Positions 1 through 12,362 of a stretch of DNA of 64,000 nucleotides are shown one piece after another (position 1 is the stretch's first letter; every line of letters starts with the position of its first letter). Under the pieces are notes generated by a model. The model did not search any database. It worked only from the letters and a program-made list of their open reading frames with translations, and was not told the origin of the DNA. Both the position numbers and the translations under genes were made by a program. Source of the stretch: Scenedesmus sp. PABB004 (taxonomy: Eukaryota). The stretch is taken from positions 248,001 to 312,000 of the forward strand of contig JABVCE010000002.1 of NCBI GenBank assembly GCA_014905635.1, in the 5' to 3' direction.

Positions 1-2859
1 CGCGGCCGGGGTGCGCGGGGGAGGCGGCGCCGAGCGCGCGCAGGGGCGTCCCGGGCGGGCCGGGCGCCGCCGCGGCCCACGCCCTGCCGCGACCGCCTGG
101 CGCCGCCGCCCCGCAGCCGCTCCTTCGCCGCCAGCGCCGCGGAGCCGGCGTTTGCGATCCCCGACACCCGGCCGCCGCTCGCGCGCGACACGGGCATCAA
201 CGTCGCCAAGTTTGTCTCCGAGCACTACACGCCCTACGCCGGCGACTCCAGCTTCCTGGCGGGCCCCAGCGACCGCACGCGCGCGCTGTGGGCGACGCTG
301 GAGAAGCTGTGCTGCGAGGAGCTCGAGCAGGGCATCAGCGGCGTCGACCCGGCCGTGCCGTCCACGATCACCGCGTTCCCGCCGGGCTACATCGACCGCG
401 AGAAGGAGGTCATCGTGGGCCTGCAGACCGACGCGCCGCTCAAGCGCGCGATCAAGCCGCTCGGCGGCATCAACATGGTCAAGGCCGCGCTGCAGGCGCG
501 GCGGCGGCGCGGCGCGGCGGCGGCGGCGCGGCGCCGGCAGCGGCGCGGCGCCGGCAGCGGTCAGCAGCGCGCGGCGGCGCGGGCGCGGCGACGGGGCGGG
601 CGCGGCGGCGGCGGCGCGTTTGCTTGCGCGCGTGCGCGGGCGCCGACGCCGCCGGCCCTTGCGCGCAGGCGTACGGCTACGAGCTGCCCAAGGACATTGA
701 GTACGTCTATAACAAGGTCCGCAAGACCCACAACAGCGGCGTGTTTGACGCGTACACCGACGAGATGAAGCGCGCGCGCAAGAGCGGCATCCTCACAGGT
801 GCGCGGGGCGTGGGGGCGCGGGGCGCAAGGGCGCGCGGCGCGCCGCGCAGCGGCGGGCAGCAGCGGCGGCACGGCGCGCCGCGCGGCGCGAGCCCGCCGC
901 CCGCGCGCGCGCCCGCCCGCTGCGCAGGCCTGCCCGACGGCTACGGGCGGGGGCGCATCATCGGCGACTACCGGCGCGTCGCGCTGTACGGCGTGGACAA
1001 GCTGATCGAGGCGAAGAAGGCAGACCTCAAGGCGCGCCGCCCGCGCCGCGCGGCCGCGCCGCGGCGGCGGCCGGGGCCGGCGGCGCCCCGCGCCGCGGCT
1101 CTCACCGCCCCACGCCGCCGCGCCTCTGACCGTCGCGCGCCGCCCGCGCCTCTGTCCGCGCCGCGTCCGCCGCGTCCGCCGCGCCGCCAGTTCAACCTGC
1201 TGGGCGTGATGGACGACGAGAAGATCCGGCTGCGCGAGGAGGTGCAGGAGCAGATCCGCGCGCTGCAGGAGCTCAAGGAGATGGCCGCGAGCTACGGCGA
1301 CGACGTCGGCCGCCCCGCCGCCAACAGCCGCGAGGCCGTGCAGGTGCGCGGCGCCGCGCCCCCGCGCGCCGCGCGCGTCCCCCTCCTCACGCCTGACTCA
1401 TCCTGCCCGCCCGCCCGCCCCGCCGGCCCGCCGGCACCGGCAGTGGGTCTACTACGCCTACCTGGCGGCGGTGAAGGAGCAGGACGGCGCGGCGATGAGC
1501 ATGGGCCGCATCGACGCCTTCCTGGACACCTACTTTGAGGCCGACCTCGCGGCCGGGCGCATCACCGAGCCCGAGGTGCAGGAGCTGGTCGACCAGTTTG
1601 TCATGAAGATGCGCATCGTGCGGTGAGGGAGACGCCGCCGCGCCGCGCCGCGCGCACCGCGCCGCACCCACCGCGCCGCTGCCGCGGCCGCCAGGGGCGC
1701 GCCAGGGCGCCGCGCCGTCGCCCACGCCGCCCGCCCACGCCGCCCGCCCACGCCGCCGCGCGCGGCCCCGCAGGCAGCTGCGCACACCCGAGTACAACGA
1801 GCTCTTTGCCGGCGACCCCACCTGGGTGACCTGCGTGCTGGGCGGCACCGACGAGCTCGGCCGCTCCATGGTGACCAAGACGGCGTACCGCATGCTCAAC
1901 ACCCTGGTGCGACGCAGCGCCGCGCCGCGCCGTCCGCGCCCCCGCCGCTCGCTCACGCTGCGGGCGGGACGCACGCGCGTGCGCGCGGCCTCACACCGCC
2001 GTGCTCCCCGCGCCCGCCCGCCCGCCCGCCCGCCCGCCGTCGGCAGTACAACCTCGGCCCCGCGCCGGAGCCCAACCTCACGGTGCTGTGGAGCGAGAAC
2101 ATGCCGCCCAACTTCAAGCGCTTCTGCGCGAAGGCCTCTATGGACACCAGCTCCATCCAGTACGAGAGCGACAGGGTGCGGCGCGCGGGCGGGCGCGCGG
2201 CGGCCAGCCTGCGACGCGCGGGCGCGGCGCGGCGCGGCGCCGCGCGGCGCGCGCCCACGCCGCGTGCCCGCGCCGCGCGCCCCCGCCGCGCGACCGTGCG
2301 CCCAGATGATGAGCGGCCTGTTTGGCAGCGACTATGGCATCGCCTGCTGCGTGAGCGCGATGCGCATCGGCAAGGACATGCAGTTCTTTGGCGCCCGCAC
2401 CAACCTGCCCAAGCTGCTGCTGTACACCATGAACGGCGGCCGCGACGAGATCACGGGCGACCAGGCGCGCTTGGAGCTCCACGCCGCAGCAGCAGCGCGG
2501 CGGCCGGCGCGCGCACACGCGCGCGCCGCGCCGCCCGCGGCAGAGAGCGCCCCGCGCCGCCGCCGGCCTCACGCGCGCACCGCCGCCGCCGCCGCGCCGC
2601 GCCGCAGGTGGGTCCCAAGTTCCCGCCGCTCGCGAGCGGCGATGGGCCACTCGACTTCAACGAGGTGCGGGGGCGCATGGACGAGGGCATGGCCTGGCTG
2701 GCCAAGCTCTACGCCGACACCATGAACGTCATCCACTACATGCACGACAAGTGAGCCACGCACACACACACGCACACACGAGCACGCGCGCGCACACAGC
2801 CAGCGACGCCAGCGCCGCGCCGCGCGCGGCCACGGCCCGCGCCGCGGTACGACGCCGCT

Positions 2860-2900
<41 letters not shown>

Positions 2901-4303
2901 TGCCGCCCCGTTGCGCCGCGGGCCGCAGGTACGACTACGAGCGTCTACAGATGGCGCTGCACGACACGCACGTGCGCCGCCTGCTCGCGTTTGGCATCAG
3001 CGGGCTGAGCGTGATCGCCGACTCGCTGAGCGCGATCAAGTACGCGACCGTCACGCCGCGCCGCGACGAGCGCGGGCTCATCACAGATTTCAAGGCGCGC
3101 AGCAGCGGCGGCGCAGCGCCGGCTGGGCGGCGGCGGCGGCGGGGGGGGGGGGGGCGGGGGCGGGTGGGCGGGCGCAGGCGCGGGCGCGGCGGCGCGCGCA
3201 CCGACGCTCATGCGCGCACGCGCGCGCGCGTGCCCCTGTCGGCTGCGCAGGTGGAGGGCTCGTTCCCCAAGTACGGCAACGACGACGACGCGGTCGACGA
3301 CATCGCGTCGTGGGTGGCCGAGACGTTCAGCAGCCACCTCAACCGCCAGGCCACCTACCGCTCCAGCATCCCCACGCTCAGCGTGCTCACCATCACCAGG
3401 CGCGCGCGCGAGCAGCGCGCAGCGCGCCGCCGCCGCCGCCGGCGCCGGCGAGGGCGCCGCACTGCAGCAGCCCCCTCCCCGCGCGCCCGCACGCCCGCGC
3501 GCGCGCGGCTCACCCCCCCCCCCCCCCCCACCCCCCCCCCCCCCGCGCCGCCGCCGCCGCCGCCGCGCGCAGCAACGTGGTGTACGGCAAGAAGACCGGC
3601 TCCACGCCCGACGGCCGCAAGCGCGGCGAGCCCTTTGCGCCGGGCGCCAACCCGCTGCACGGCCGCGACGCGCACGGCGCGCTCGCGAGCCTCAACAGCG
3701 TCGCCAAGATCCCCTACCACCGCTGCCTGGACGGCGTGAGCAACACGTTCAGCCTCGTCCCCAGCGTGCTCGGCAAGGGCGACGAGACCTCGCGCGGTGC
3801 GCGGCGGCGCGGCGCGGCGCGTGGCGCCCGGCGCACGCCGGCGCGCCGGCGCTGGGCCCGCCGGCCCGCCCCCGGCCTGCCGCCCCCGGCCCACCCCCGA
3901 CCCGCCGCCCCCGCCCCGCCGCGCGCGCTCCCCCCGCAGCCAACAACCTGGTCGCGGTGCTGGACGGCTACTTTGCCAAGGGCGGGCACCACATCAACGT
4001 CAACGTGCTCAACCGCGAGATGCTGCTCGACGCCGTCGAGGTGTGCGCGCCGCGCCTCCAACGTGCCGCGCGCCGGGCGGGCAGCGCGTAGCCGCGCGCG
4101 CGCGGCCCGCAACTCGGCCCGCCCGCCCCTCGGCCCGCCCCTTGGCGCGCCCGCCCCTCGGCCCACCCGCCGCCGCGCCGCCGCCGCCCTGCCGCCGCGC
4201 AGCACCCGGAGAAGTACCCCAACCTCACCATCCGCGGTGCGCGCGCGCGGGGCGCGCGCCCCTGGCCGCCCCGCCCTGCACCGCGCGCGCCCGCCGCCGA
4301 CCC

Positions 4304-4334
<31 letters not shown>

Positions 4335-4426
4335 GCGCAGTGAGCGGGTATGCCGTCCACTTCTCCAAGCTCACGCGCGACCAGCAGATGGAGGTAATCT
4401 CCCGCACCTTCCACGGCACGATGTGA
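1..4426 (+). CDS. PFL1: Pyruvate formate-lyase (glycyl radical enzyme), 5'-truncated by window edge, ~15 introns
   Basis: Spliced exons 117-495, 669-798, 928-1031, 1191-1343, 1444-1622, 1774-1906, 2047-2175, 2306-2464, 2608-2750, 2929-3094, 3251-3399, 3573-3796, 3940-4040, 4203-4236, 4341-4426 give [22 protein letters not shown], the catalytic [21 protein letters not shown] and the glycyl radical loop YPNLTIRVSGYAV. RSFAASA near the start resembles an organellar presequence end. Confidence 0.97.
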
Positions 4427-5275
4427 GCGCCGACCCTTACGCGACGGGGCCGGCGGCGCGGCGCGGCGGCAGGCCTTGCAACGCGCGCGCACGGGGCTCG
4501 GGGGGGGGGGGGGGGGCGCGGGGCGTGTGCTGCCAGCAGCCCCGTGCGGTTTATGTCGCAACGCAATCAAGCAGCGCGGGCCAGGAGGCGCCGATCGATC
4601 GCGCCGCGGCCGCCCGCCGAGGCGGGACGCGGCGCACGCGTGCATAAGCGCAGCCGCCGCGCGTGCTTTCACGGCGTGCGCGCGGGATGTGTGTGGTGTC
4701 GTATCGTGCGGTGCGACGTGTCCCATCGTGGTATCATCGGCCCCGGGCCACATTACGATGCCGCCTGCTGCGCTCGAATGCTGCGCCCCGCTCGCAGCGC
4801 GGGCCCAGGCGCATCGGGGGCGGGTCGGGTCGGGTCGGGTCGGGCAGGCGGGGCGGGGCGGGGCTCGGGGCGGCAGGCGGCGACTGCGTGAACGCAAGCA
4901 CACAACGGGGCGGCGGCGGACGCCCCCGCCCGGCAGGGCGCACTTGGATCATCTCCACTCCACTCCACCCTGCCTTGCCCAGCACTGCATTGCTATCTCT
5001 CCCTGCCCACACGCAGCCACGCAATTTCGTTTGGCGCGGGCGGGGGCTCGCGCCGCGCCGCCGGCGGCGGCGCGGCGCGCACACGGCGACGCGGCGCGCC
5101 GGCTCGGCAGCTGCAAACGCTGCCGCAGGCTCCCGCGGCGCGGTGCCGCCCCTGTCGAGGGCACGTGATTGTTCGCGTAGGTCCTAGGCCTGCATGCCGC
5201 GTGCTGCTGTCGGACCGCGCCGGGGCGGGCGGGCTGCAGGTGCATGTTAACCTCGCGCGCCCGCCTTCATCATCA

Positions 5276-5947
5276 TCACCGCGCGCAGCGCCCCGCCCCG
5301 GCCTCCTCCTCGGAGTGCCGGCCGCCGCCCGAGCAGCTGACCGCGACCGTGATGGGCGCGCGCGACGCGCGACGCGCGCGCGGCTTGGGCTGCCGCGGCC
5401 CCGCCCGCAGCCGCGCCACGTCGGCGGCGCACCCGGCGGCGACCACGGCGAGCAGCGCCGCCGAGGCCGCGGCGATGCCGAACGAGATCGCCGGCCAGTT
5501 GGGCGTGCTGAAGAGCAGCGACACCCGCGCCGTCGCCACGTCGGCGCGCGGGTTCAGCAGCACCGCGCACTTGGGCCGGCCGCTGACCTCGCCCGGGGCG
5601 AAGATGCGGCACGCCGTCGCGTTGCTTGTGCTCTTCGTCGCGGCCTCGCAGAGCTGCAGCGTCTTGCAGCCGGACGGCTTCGCGGCGTCGCACTTGCGCG
5701 CCGCGTCGGGCAGCGCGACGCCGACGAAGAGCCGGGCCGCGGCGTGGACTTGGAGCACCGCGTCCGCGCGGCCGTCGTCCCAGCAGCGCGTCCACTTGCC
5801 GCCGGGCGGCACCTCCACGTCCTCGTCGCCGGCCTCCTGCGCGACGACCACCAGCGACGTGGCAGCCTGCCGCACCAGCAGCAGCACCAGCAGCTGCTGG
5901 GCCAGGGCGCGGCGCCGCCGGGAGCTGCTGCTGCGCGGCGGCGGCAT
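5276..5947 (-). CDS. Hypothetical single-pass membrane protein, intronless (~223 aa)
   Basis: ATG at 5947. Signal-like segment LLVLLLVRQAATSLVVVA, a Cys-containing ectodomain, then the hydrophobic segment WPAISFGIAAASAALLAVVAAG. Codon usage is coding-like. Confidence 0.65.
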   Translation of the reverse strand: MPPPRSSSSRRRRALAQQLLVLLLVRQAATSLVVVAQEAGDEDVEVPPGGKWTRCWDDGRADAVLQVHAAARLFVGVALPDAARKCDAAKPSGCKTLQLCEAATKSTSNATACRIFAPGEVSGRPKCAVLLNPRADVATARVSLLFSTPNWPAISFGIAAASAALLAVVAAGCAADVARLRAGPRQPKPRARRASRAPITVAVSCSGGGRHSEEEAGAGRCAR

Positions 5948-6395
5948 CGGCAGAGGCTGCTGCGGCGGCGGCGGCGGCGCCCGACTGCTGCGCTGCGGAG
6001 CGGCGGGCAGAGGTCGGTGTCGGCAGAGGTTGGGCAGAGAGGGTGCTGTGGCGGTTGTGGTTGTGGGAGCACTGCGGGAAGGCCGCGTCTGGCGGCGCCG
6101 CGGCGGCGCGGGCAACGGCAAACCGCTGCCGCGGCCGCACGACTGCCCCCGCTGCCGTCGCCACGGCGCTCAACATCGCACGCACGCACGCACGTCGCCG
6201 CGCTCTCTCGCGCTTGCACGCACGCACACTCTTCCTCCGACAGCAGACCTCCGCTGCCCAGGCCCCGCCGCGCGCCGCGCGAGCGCAGATTCAGGCGTGC
6301 CAGCCCGCGCGCCGCGCACGGCCCGGACCGGAGCGGCGCGGCGCCGGGGGCAGCGGCAGCAGCGCCGGGCTCGCGCCGCCGCAGCGGCTCGCGCG

Positions 6396-7233
6396 ATGGC
6401 GGCGCCGCCGCAAGGCGCCCCGCCCGACGTGGACGAGCGCGAACTGGACGAGCAGGTGCTTGCGCAGCGGCGGACGCGCGCGCAGGGCGCGCAGCGGCCG
6501 GCCGCCGACCGCGTCGCCGCGCTGCCCGCGCCACCTCGCCGCCTGCGCCACCTCGCTCCCCCGCCTGTCCGCCCACGCGCAGTGGGAGAAGTTTTCCCGC
6601 GACGGCTGCCCCGACTGGTGGCTGATGACGCGCTACACGAGCAGCTGGCTGGCGCGCAACCTGCCGCACGCCGCGCCGCGCGCGGCGTCGCTGCCCGACG
6701 CGCCGAGCTCGCCCGCCGCGCGCCGCGGCGCCGCGGCACGCGCGCGCAGCCTGGAGCTGCCGGCGGCGCAGCAGCCGAAGCCGGCGCAGCAGCAGCAGCA
6801 GTCGCAGCAGCAGCAGGAGCAGGAGCAGGAGCAGGAGCAGCCGCTGGCGCAGACGGCGTCGGCGCCGGCGGTCGTGCAACAGGGGCAGGCGGCGGCTCAG
6901 GGGCCCGCGTGCGCGCCCGGGCTGAACTTCAAGGGCCTGCTCTGCCAGGGCGGCTGCGCGGCGGCGCCGGGCGCGGCGGCGGCGGGGACGGGGGCGGCGG
7001 CGCGCTCGACCAGGCGGCGTCGTGAGCGATGGGGGGCAGCGGCGGTGGTGCGCTGCTGGTTCTTCTCGCGGTGTATTGTTCTTCTGTCGGTCTGGCGGGG
7101 TGCCCCTGTTTGCGGCGGCCGGCCGCCTGCGTGCGCACGCCGACGTCGTGGCCACGTGCGTGGCCGTCTGGCAGCCTGCTCCGCCGCCGTGGTCCCGCTG
7201 GCTCAGGTGGTGGCCTGTTGGTGGTGGTGGTGA
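6396..7233 (+). CDS. Hypothetical low-complexity protein (2 exons; 3' end uncertain)
   Basis: MAAPPQGAPPDVDERELDEQ, GT-AG intron 6456-6582, then WEKFSRDGCPDWWLMTRYTSSWLARNLP and a Q/E-rich tract. Confidence 0.5.
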
Positions 7234-7560
7234 CCGCTTTGGCCCCTCCCGCCGGGCGGTCTCGCTTTTCGCTGGCCGCCGCGGCTCAGGCGGCGGCGGT
7301 TGCGCTCGAATGCACCCCGCCCTGACAGCTGCTGCCCGCTCGCGCCCGCGCCGCCCCTGCGCAGCGTCTGAGGCATCGGAGAGCGCGTCCGCGCTGCCGC
7401 CTGGGTCGTTTGTTGCTCACCAAGCCAGCGTCGGTTGCCGCCCGTTCCCGCAGCGCGCGCGGCCCGCCCGACCGAGCGTGCGTGGGCCGTCGAGGTCGTT
7501 ATGGGCGTCTAGGCACGAGCACGCCCTCGCCCCGCCGCGTCCGCGCAGCAGCAGAGCGAG

Positions 7561-10029
7561 ATGGAGGCCCCCCAGGCGCCGCAGGAGCTGGTGAGCGGCC
7601 CCCGCGGGCGGCGGGGGCGAGCGATGGGGACGCGCTGCTGGCGCCGGGCCAGCTGCCAGGGCAGCCGGGGCAACAGCCGCCGGCCCCTCGCCCGCCGCGC
7701 GCCGACGACCGCCGCCGCCGCGCGCAGACGGACGTGAAGCCCAGCATCCGGGGGCCCAAGCCGCCCGGCATCAAGGCGGGCGCGCTGGACGTGACGAGCC
7801 CCGCGAGCCCGTCGCCGGCCAAGTCGCCGAGCAAGGCCGCGCGGCGCGGCGCCGTGCCGCCGCTCGCGCTCGCGGCGCTGGCGCGCACCGACGACGCGGG
7901 GCCGCGCGACGCGTGCGCCGGCAGCGACCAGCACACCGCGCCGTGCGGCGACGGCGCCGGCGCGGGGGGCGCGCGCGCAGGCGGCCGGCGACGCGGCGGC
8001 GGCCCACGGCGGCGCCGTCGACAAGCCCGGCAGCGGCAGCAAGTCGTACATCCAGCTGCTCAGCATCGCCTACCCGCCCGGCAGCCGGCCCCGCGCGCTC
8101 AGCGGCGGCGGCGCCGCGGACGCGCCGGCGCCCGCGGCGGCCGCGGCGCCCGAGGCGCCCGCGCGCCAGGCGGGCGCGCCGGCGGCGCAGCTGCGCGCGC
8201 CGGGCGCCGGCGCCGCCGGCACGCCGCCCGGCAAGACCACGCCGCTTGCGCGCGCGCCGCGGGCGCGCGCCTCCATCCTGGACGCCTCCCCCGGGGCCAG
8301 CCTCATCCCGGCGAGCCCCGGCGCCGCGCGCGCGCGCTCCGGCGCGGGCGCCGCGCCGCCCAGCCCCGACCGCCCGGCGGCGGCCCGGCCCGCTGCGGGC
8401 GCGGGCGGCGACGGCGCGGCGCGGCCCGGCGCGGCCTCGCCCGTGCCGGGGCGCCGCTCGCTGGCGAGCGCCGCGGCCAGCCCCGGCGCGGGGCAGCGCG
8501 CGCAGTACGCGTTTGGCAGCCGCGTCGAGCCGGCGGCGGGCGCGGGCGGCCAGCAGCGCCGGCCCAGCCCGATGCGCGCGTCCGCGCCCGCGGCCGCGGA
8601 GCGCAAGCCCAGCCCCATGCGCCGGCTGCCGGGCGGCGCGCCGCCGGCCGACCGCAGCCGCGCGAGCCCGCAGCGCGTGCCGGCCGCGGCGCGCAGCTCC
8701 GCGGCGGCGGCGGCGGCGGCGGCGGGCCCGCTGCGCAGCGCGTCGGCGCCGCGCATGACCAGCGCCGACAAGGCGGTCTCGCGCTTCGCGCAGCACCAGG
8801 CCAGCGCCGCGGCGGCGGCGCGCAGCAAGACGCCGTCGCCCGCACCGCGCGGCGGCGCCGGCGGCGCGGCGGCTGGCGGCGGCAGCCCCGCCGCGGCTGC
8901 GCGCGCGCGCCCCGGCTGCGGCGGCGGCGCGGTGGTGATGAGCGCGGCGGAGCGCCACATCGCGCGCATGCGCGCCAGCGGCGGCGACGCGGCGCGCGGC
9001 GCGCCGGGCGCGTCGCCGCCCGGCGGCGCGCAGCGCAGCGCCAGCCCCTGCGCCGCGATGCGCGGCGCGGCGCGCTCGCTGCCGTCGCCCGCGCGGCCCG
9101 GCGCCGGCAGCGTGATCGGCGCGGGCCCGGCGCTCGCGCGGCCGGCGGCGCCGCCGGGCGCGCGCGCTCCAGGGCCGCGCGCGGAGCGCGTCTCGGCGTG
9201 CCTCGCGGGCGCGTCGCCGGGCGGCACGCCCGCCAGCCGCGCGGGCAGCAGCGTGAGCGCCGCGGGGGGCGTCCCCACGCTGCACAACCGCTACGCGCGG
9301 CCGTACGGCCCCACACACGCCCGCCGCCGCGGCGGTCGCGGAGGCCGAGGCCGCACGCCACGGCGCGGGCGGGGGGGTGCCCAGGCTCGCGCTGGGCACG
9401 CTGGGCGGCTGCAGCCCTGCAGGCCTGCCGCTGCGCAGCCGCGAGCGCGGCGACGACCAGGGCAGCGCCGGCGGCGGCGGCGGCGCCTTCCTGGGACGCA
9501 TCTCTGCCGCGACCACGCCGCCGACGGCCGGCAAGGTGGCCGGCGCCCACGCGGCCGCGGCGCAGCGCGCGCTGCTGCCCCTGCGCCCGCCCAGCGTGAG
9601 CGAGACGGGCAGCGACGCCGGCACGACGCCGGCGCTGGCGCGCGGCGGCGAGGCGCGCTCGCCGCCGCTGCTGCCGCGCGAGCTGAGCGGCGCCAGCCTC
9701 GCCGCGTGTGGCGCGGCGCCGCCGGCTGCGGCCGAGGCGGCGCTGCCGCGTGGCGGCAGTGCGTCGGGCGCAGGCTCGGCCGTCGCGGCGGCGGCCAAGG
9801 GCCTGGCGCCGCCGCTGGCCCAGCTGGGGGCTGTGGCGGCCGCGGCAGGCGGCGGCCTGTTTGCGTCGCCGCCGAAGCACCGCCGTGGCGAGGGCGGCAG
9901 CCCCAAGGGCGCAGCCGCCGCGTGCAGCCAGCTGCTGAAGCGGCAGGCCGGCGACGTGTGCGGCGCGCCGCCTGCGCGCCGGCACAGCGCGGGCGGCGAC
10001 GGCGAGCCCGTGGGGCAGACGCAGCAGCA

Positions 10030-10076
<47 letters not shown>

Positions 10077-11834
10077 GCCTCAGCCTGGGCGCGTTCAAGA
10101 CGCCCTCGCCGGGCCTCAAGGCCGCCGGCGCTGGCGCCACGGGGTGCGGCGCAACGGCAGCGCCCCGTGGCCGCCGCGGGCCGCCGCGCGCTCCTCCCTT
10201 GCCCCGCGCCGGGCCGCCGACCGCCCGCTCCGCCGCGCGCGCTCGCAGGGAGCGGCCGCGCATGATGGTGCCGCGGCTGGACCTCACGCCCGTGATCACG
10301 GCGGCAGAGGAGGAGGCGGCGGAGGAGGCTGCGGCGGAGGCGGCGGCGGCGGGCCCGGGCCAGACGCTGCTGCTGGAGCACAGCCAGGCCGACGAGGTCG
10401 GCAGGACGGAGGAGGAGCCCCACCGCGCCAGGCACCGCCCGGGGCACGACGGCGCGGGCTCGGGCCGCCGCGGCGCGGGCAGCGGCGCGGGCAGCGGCAA
10501 GGCGGGCGGCAGCGCCAAGGCGGGCGGCAGCGGCAAGGCCGGCGGCAGCGGCAAGTCGGGCGGCGCCAAGGCGGCCGAGGCTGCGCCGCCGGAGAGCTTC
10601 TACGTTTATGAGTCGGTCGTGCCCGCAGAGGTGCGCGCACACGCGCGGGGGGTGGGTGCGTAGGCGCGTGGTGTGAGAGGCCCACGGGCGCGTGGCGGCA
10701 GTCGCGGCGGCGGCGGCGGCGCGCCGACCCGCCCGCCACGTGCCGCGCGCAGGAGACGCGCACGTACGAGGAGCTGCGCCGCGCGCTGCTCAAGTGCGGC
10801 GGCGGGCAGCGCCTGGCGGCGAGCCTGCAGGGCATCTGGGGGTGCTACCAGGACGCGCGGCGCAACACCGAGGCCATGGCCTTCAGGGGGCACCGCCTGC
10901 TGGACCAGGTGTCCAACGAGTACTGCGGCTTCAAGCGCGACGCCGAGGAGCAGCTCGCCGCGCTCGAGGCGGAGCGCGACGCATACCGGCAGGAGCTGGC
11001 GCTCGTGGCGGCCGGCGGGGTGCGCCGCCGCCGCACGCGGGTGGCGGCCCCGCACGCGCGCGCGCCGGGCCCCGGCGCCCCGCGCGCTGCGGCGGCCGGC
11101 GTGAGCCGCCTCCGAGGTGGGAGCCAGCGGGGGCGGCGCTGACGCGTGCTGCCGCTGCGCGCCGCAGGGCGGCTCCGCGCTGGAGCTGTCGCGCAAGAAC
11201 GCGGGCCTCGAGGCGGAGGTGGCGCACCTGCGCGCGCAGCTGGTGGAGATGGAGAAGGCCCTCGCCCAGGCGGCGCAGTTCCACCACGCGCAGCAGGTGC
11301 TGCGCCCGCCCAGGCGCGCCGCAGCTCGCCCGCCCGCTCGCCCCTGCTCACGCCCCGCCGCCGCCGCCGCCGCGCGCGCGCGCGCTCGAGCAGGCGGACA
11401 CGGTGCCGGCCAAGGCGCGCGCGATCGCTGAGAGCGCGACCACGAGCATCCTGTTCCAGCAGACCATGGCGCAGCAGGAGGAACTGCTGAGCGCGCAGAA
11501 GGGCCTGGCCGAGATGAAGGCCGCGCTCATCGTCGCGTGCAACGCGCTGCGCCACACCAACTACATGGACCCACACGTGCGCGGGCGCGCCCGCGCGGCG
11601 CGGCGCCGCAGCCGCCGCCGCTGCGCGCCCGGCGCCCGACACCTCACAACCGCCGCCGCCGCCGCCGCGCAGGGCGACGCGCGCGCGGTGCTGCCGCCCG
11701 ACAGCGTGGAGGTGCTGGACACGCTCATGGCGCACCACGAGCACATGGAGGCGGCGGCCGCGGACGCGGAGGCGCACGCGCTCGCCGCGGCGGCGGCGAC
11801 GCACATCGAGGAGCTCGAGGCGGGGCCGCCCTAG
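7561..11834 (+). CDS. Large hypothetical protein: disordered Ser/Pro/Ala-rich N-terminus, polyQ, coiled-coil C-terminus
   Basis: ATG 7561 (MEAPQAPQEL|GTGAG). 3' exons splice in frame (ETRTYEELRRALLK..., LELSRKNAGLEAEVAHLRAQL..., ...EELEAGPP*). Exon structure between 7900 and 9400 is not resolved. Confidence 0.6.
10022..10075 (+). repeat. (CAG)n tract encoding polyQ
   Basis: Directly visible CAG run with one GAG interruption. Confidence 0.95.
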
Positions 11835-12362
11835 GCGGGCCGGGCTGGGCGGGGCCACCGGGCGGACGAGGCGACGGCGGACCCACGGCAGGCACGGGGC
11901 GGGCGGCATGGGTAGCGGGGCGCCGCAGCCCCGACTCTAGGCAGGCCCTGACTGCGCGGCGCGGGGGCGCCAAGCCGTAGCTAGCGACAGGTAGGCTGAC
12001 CCACCCCCACCCACCCTTGGCGCGCGTGACACACCGGGGCGACGGGGCAAGCCGCGGAGCCGTCGGCCAGCGCGCGCGCGGCGCCGGCGCCCTCCCTGCG
12101 CAAGGGGGCGCCGGCGCCAGGCGCTGCGCGGCCGTGACCCAGCACTGCGCGGCGCCGCGCGACGCGACGCGCCCGACGTGGCTTGACGGGCAGGGGCGGG
12201 GGGAGCGTCGCCGTCATTGATTCTTCGGTTGGCTGCGATCTGTCTGCCGTCTGTGCTGACGGACGGTCTCTGCTGGCTGGGCGCGCGCTGCTGGCGCTGG
12301 CGCTGTGTGCGGGCGCGTGTGAACCGGTGTGTGTGCTCGCGCCGTCACCCGCGCGTCCGGCG

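Noticed and set aside
496..4340. Introns as introner (mobile intron) elements
   Set aside because: Similar in size and composition, but I see no shared sequence, terminal inverted repeats or family-level identity.
1..4426. PFL as bacterial contamination or recent horizontal transfer
   Set aside because: It has 15 spliceosomal introns, host-like codon usage and a presequence-like start. PFL is already known in chlorophytes.
3513..4515. PolyC (3513-3544) and polyG (4499-4515) runs as a functional long-range pair or G-quadruplex switch
   Set aside because: Homopolymer runs are common at this GC level and are error-prone. No further support.
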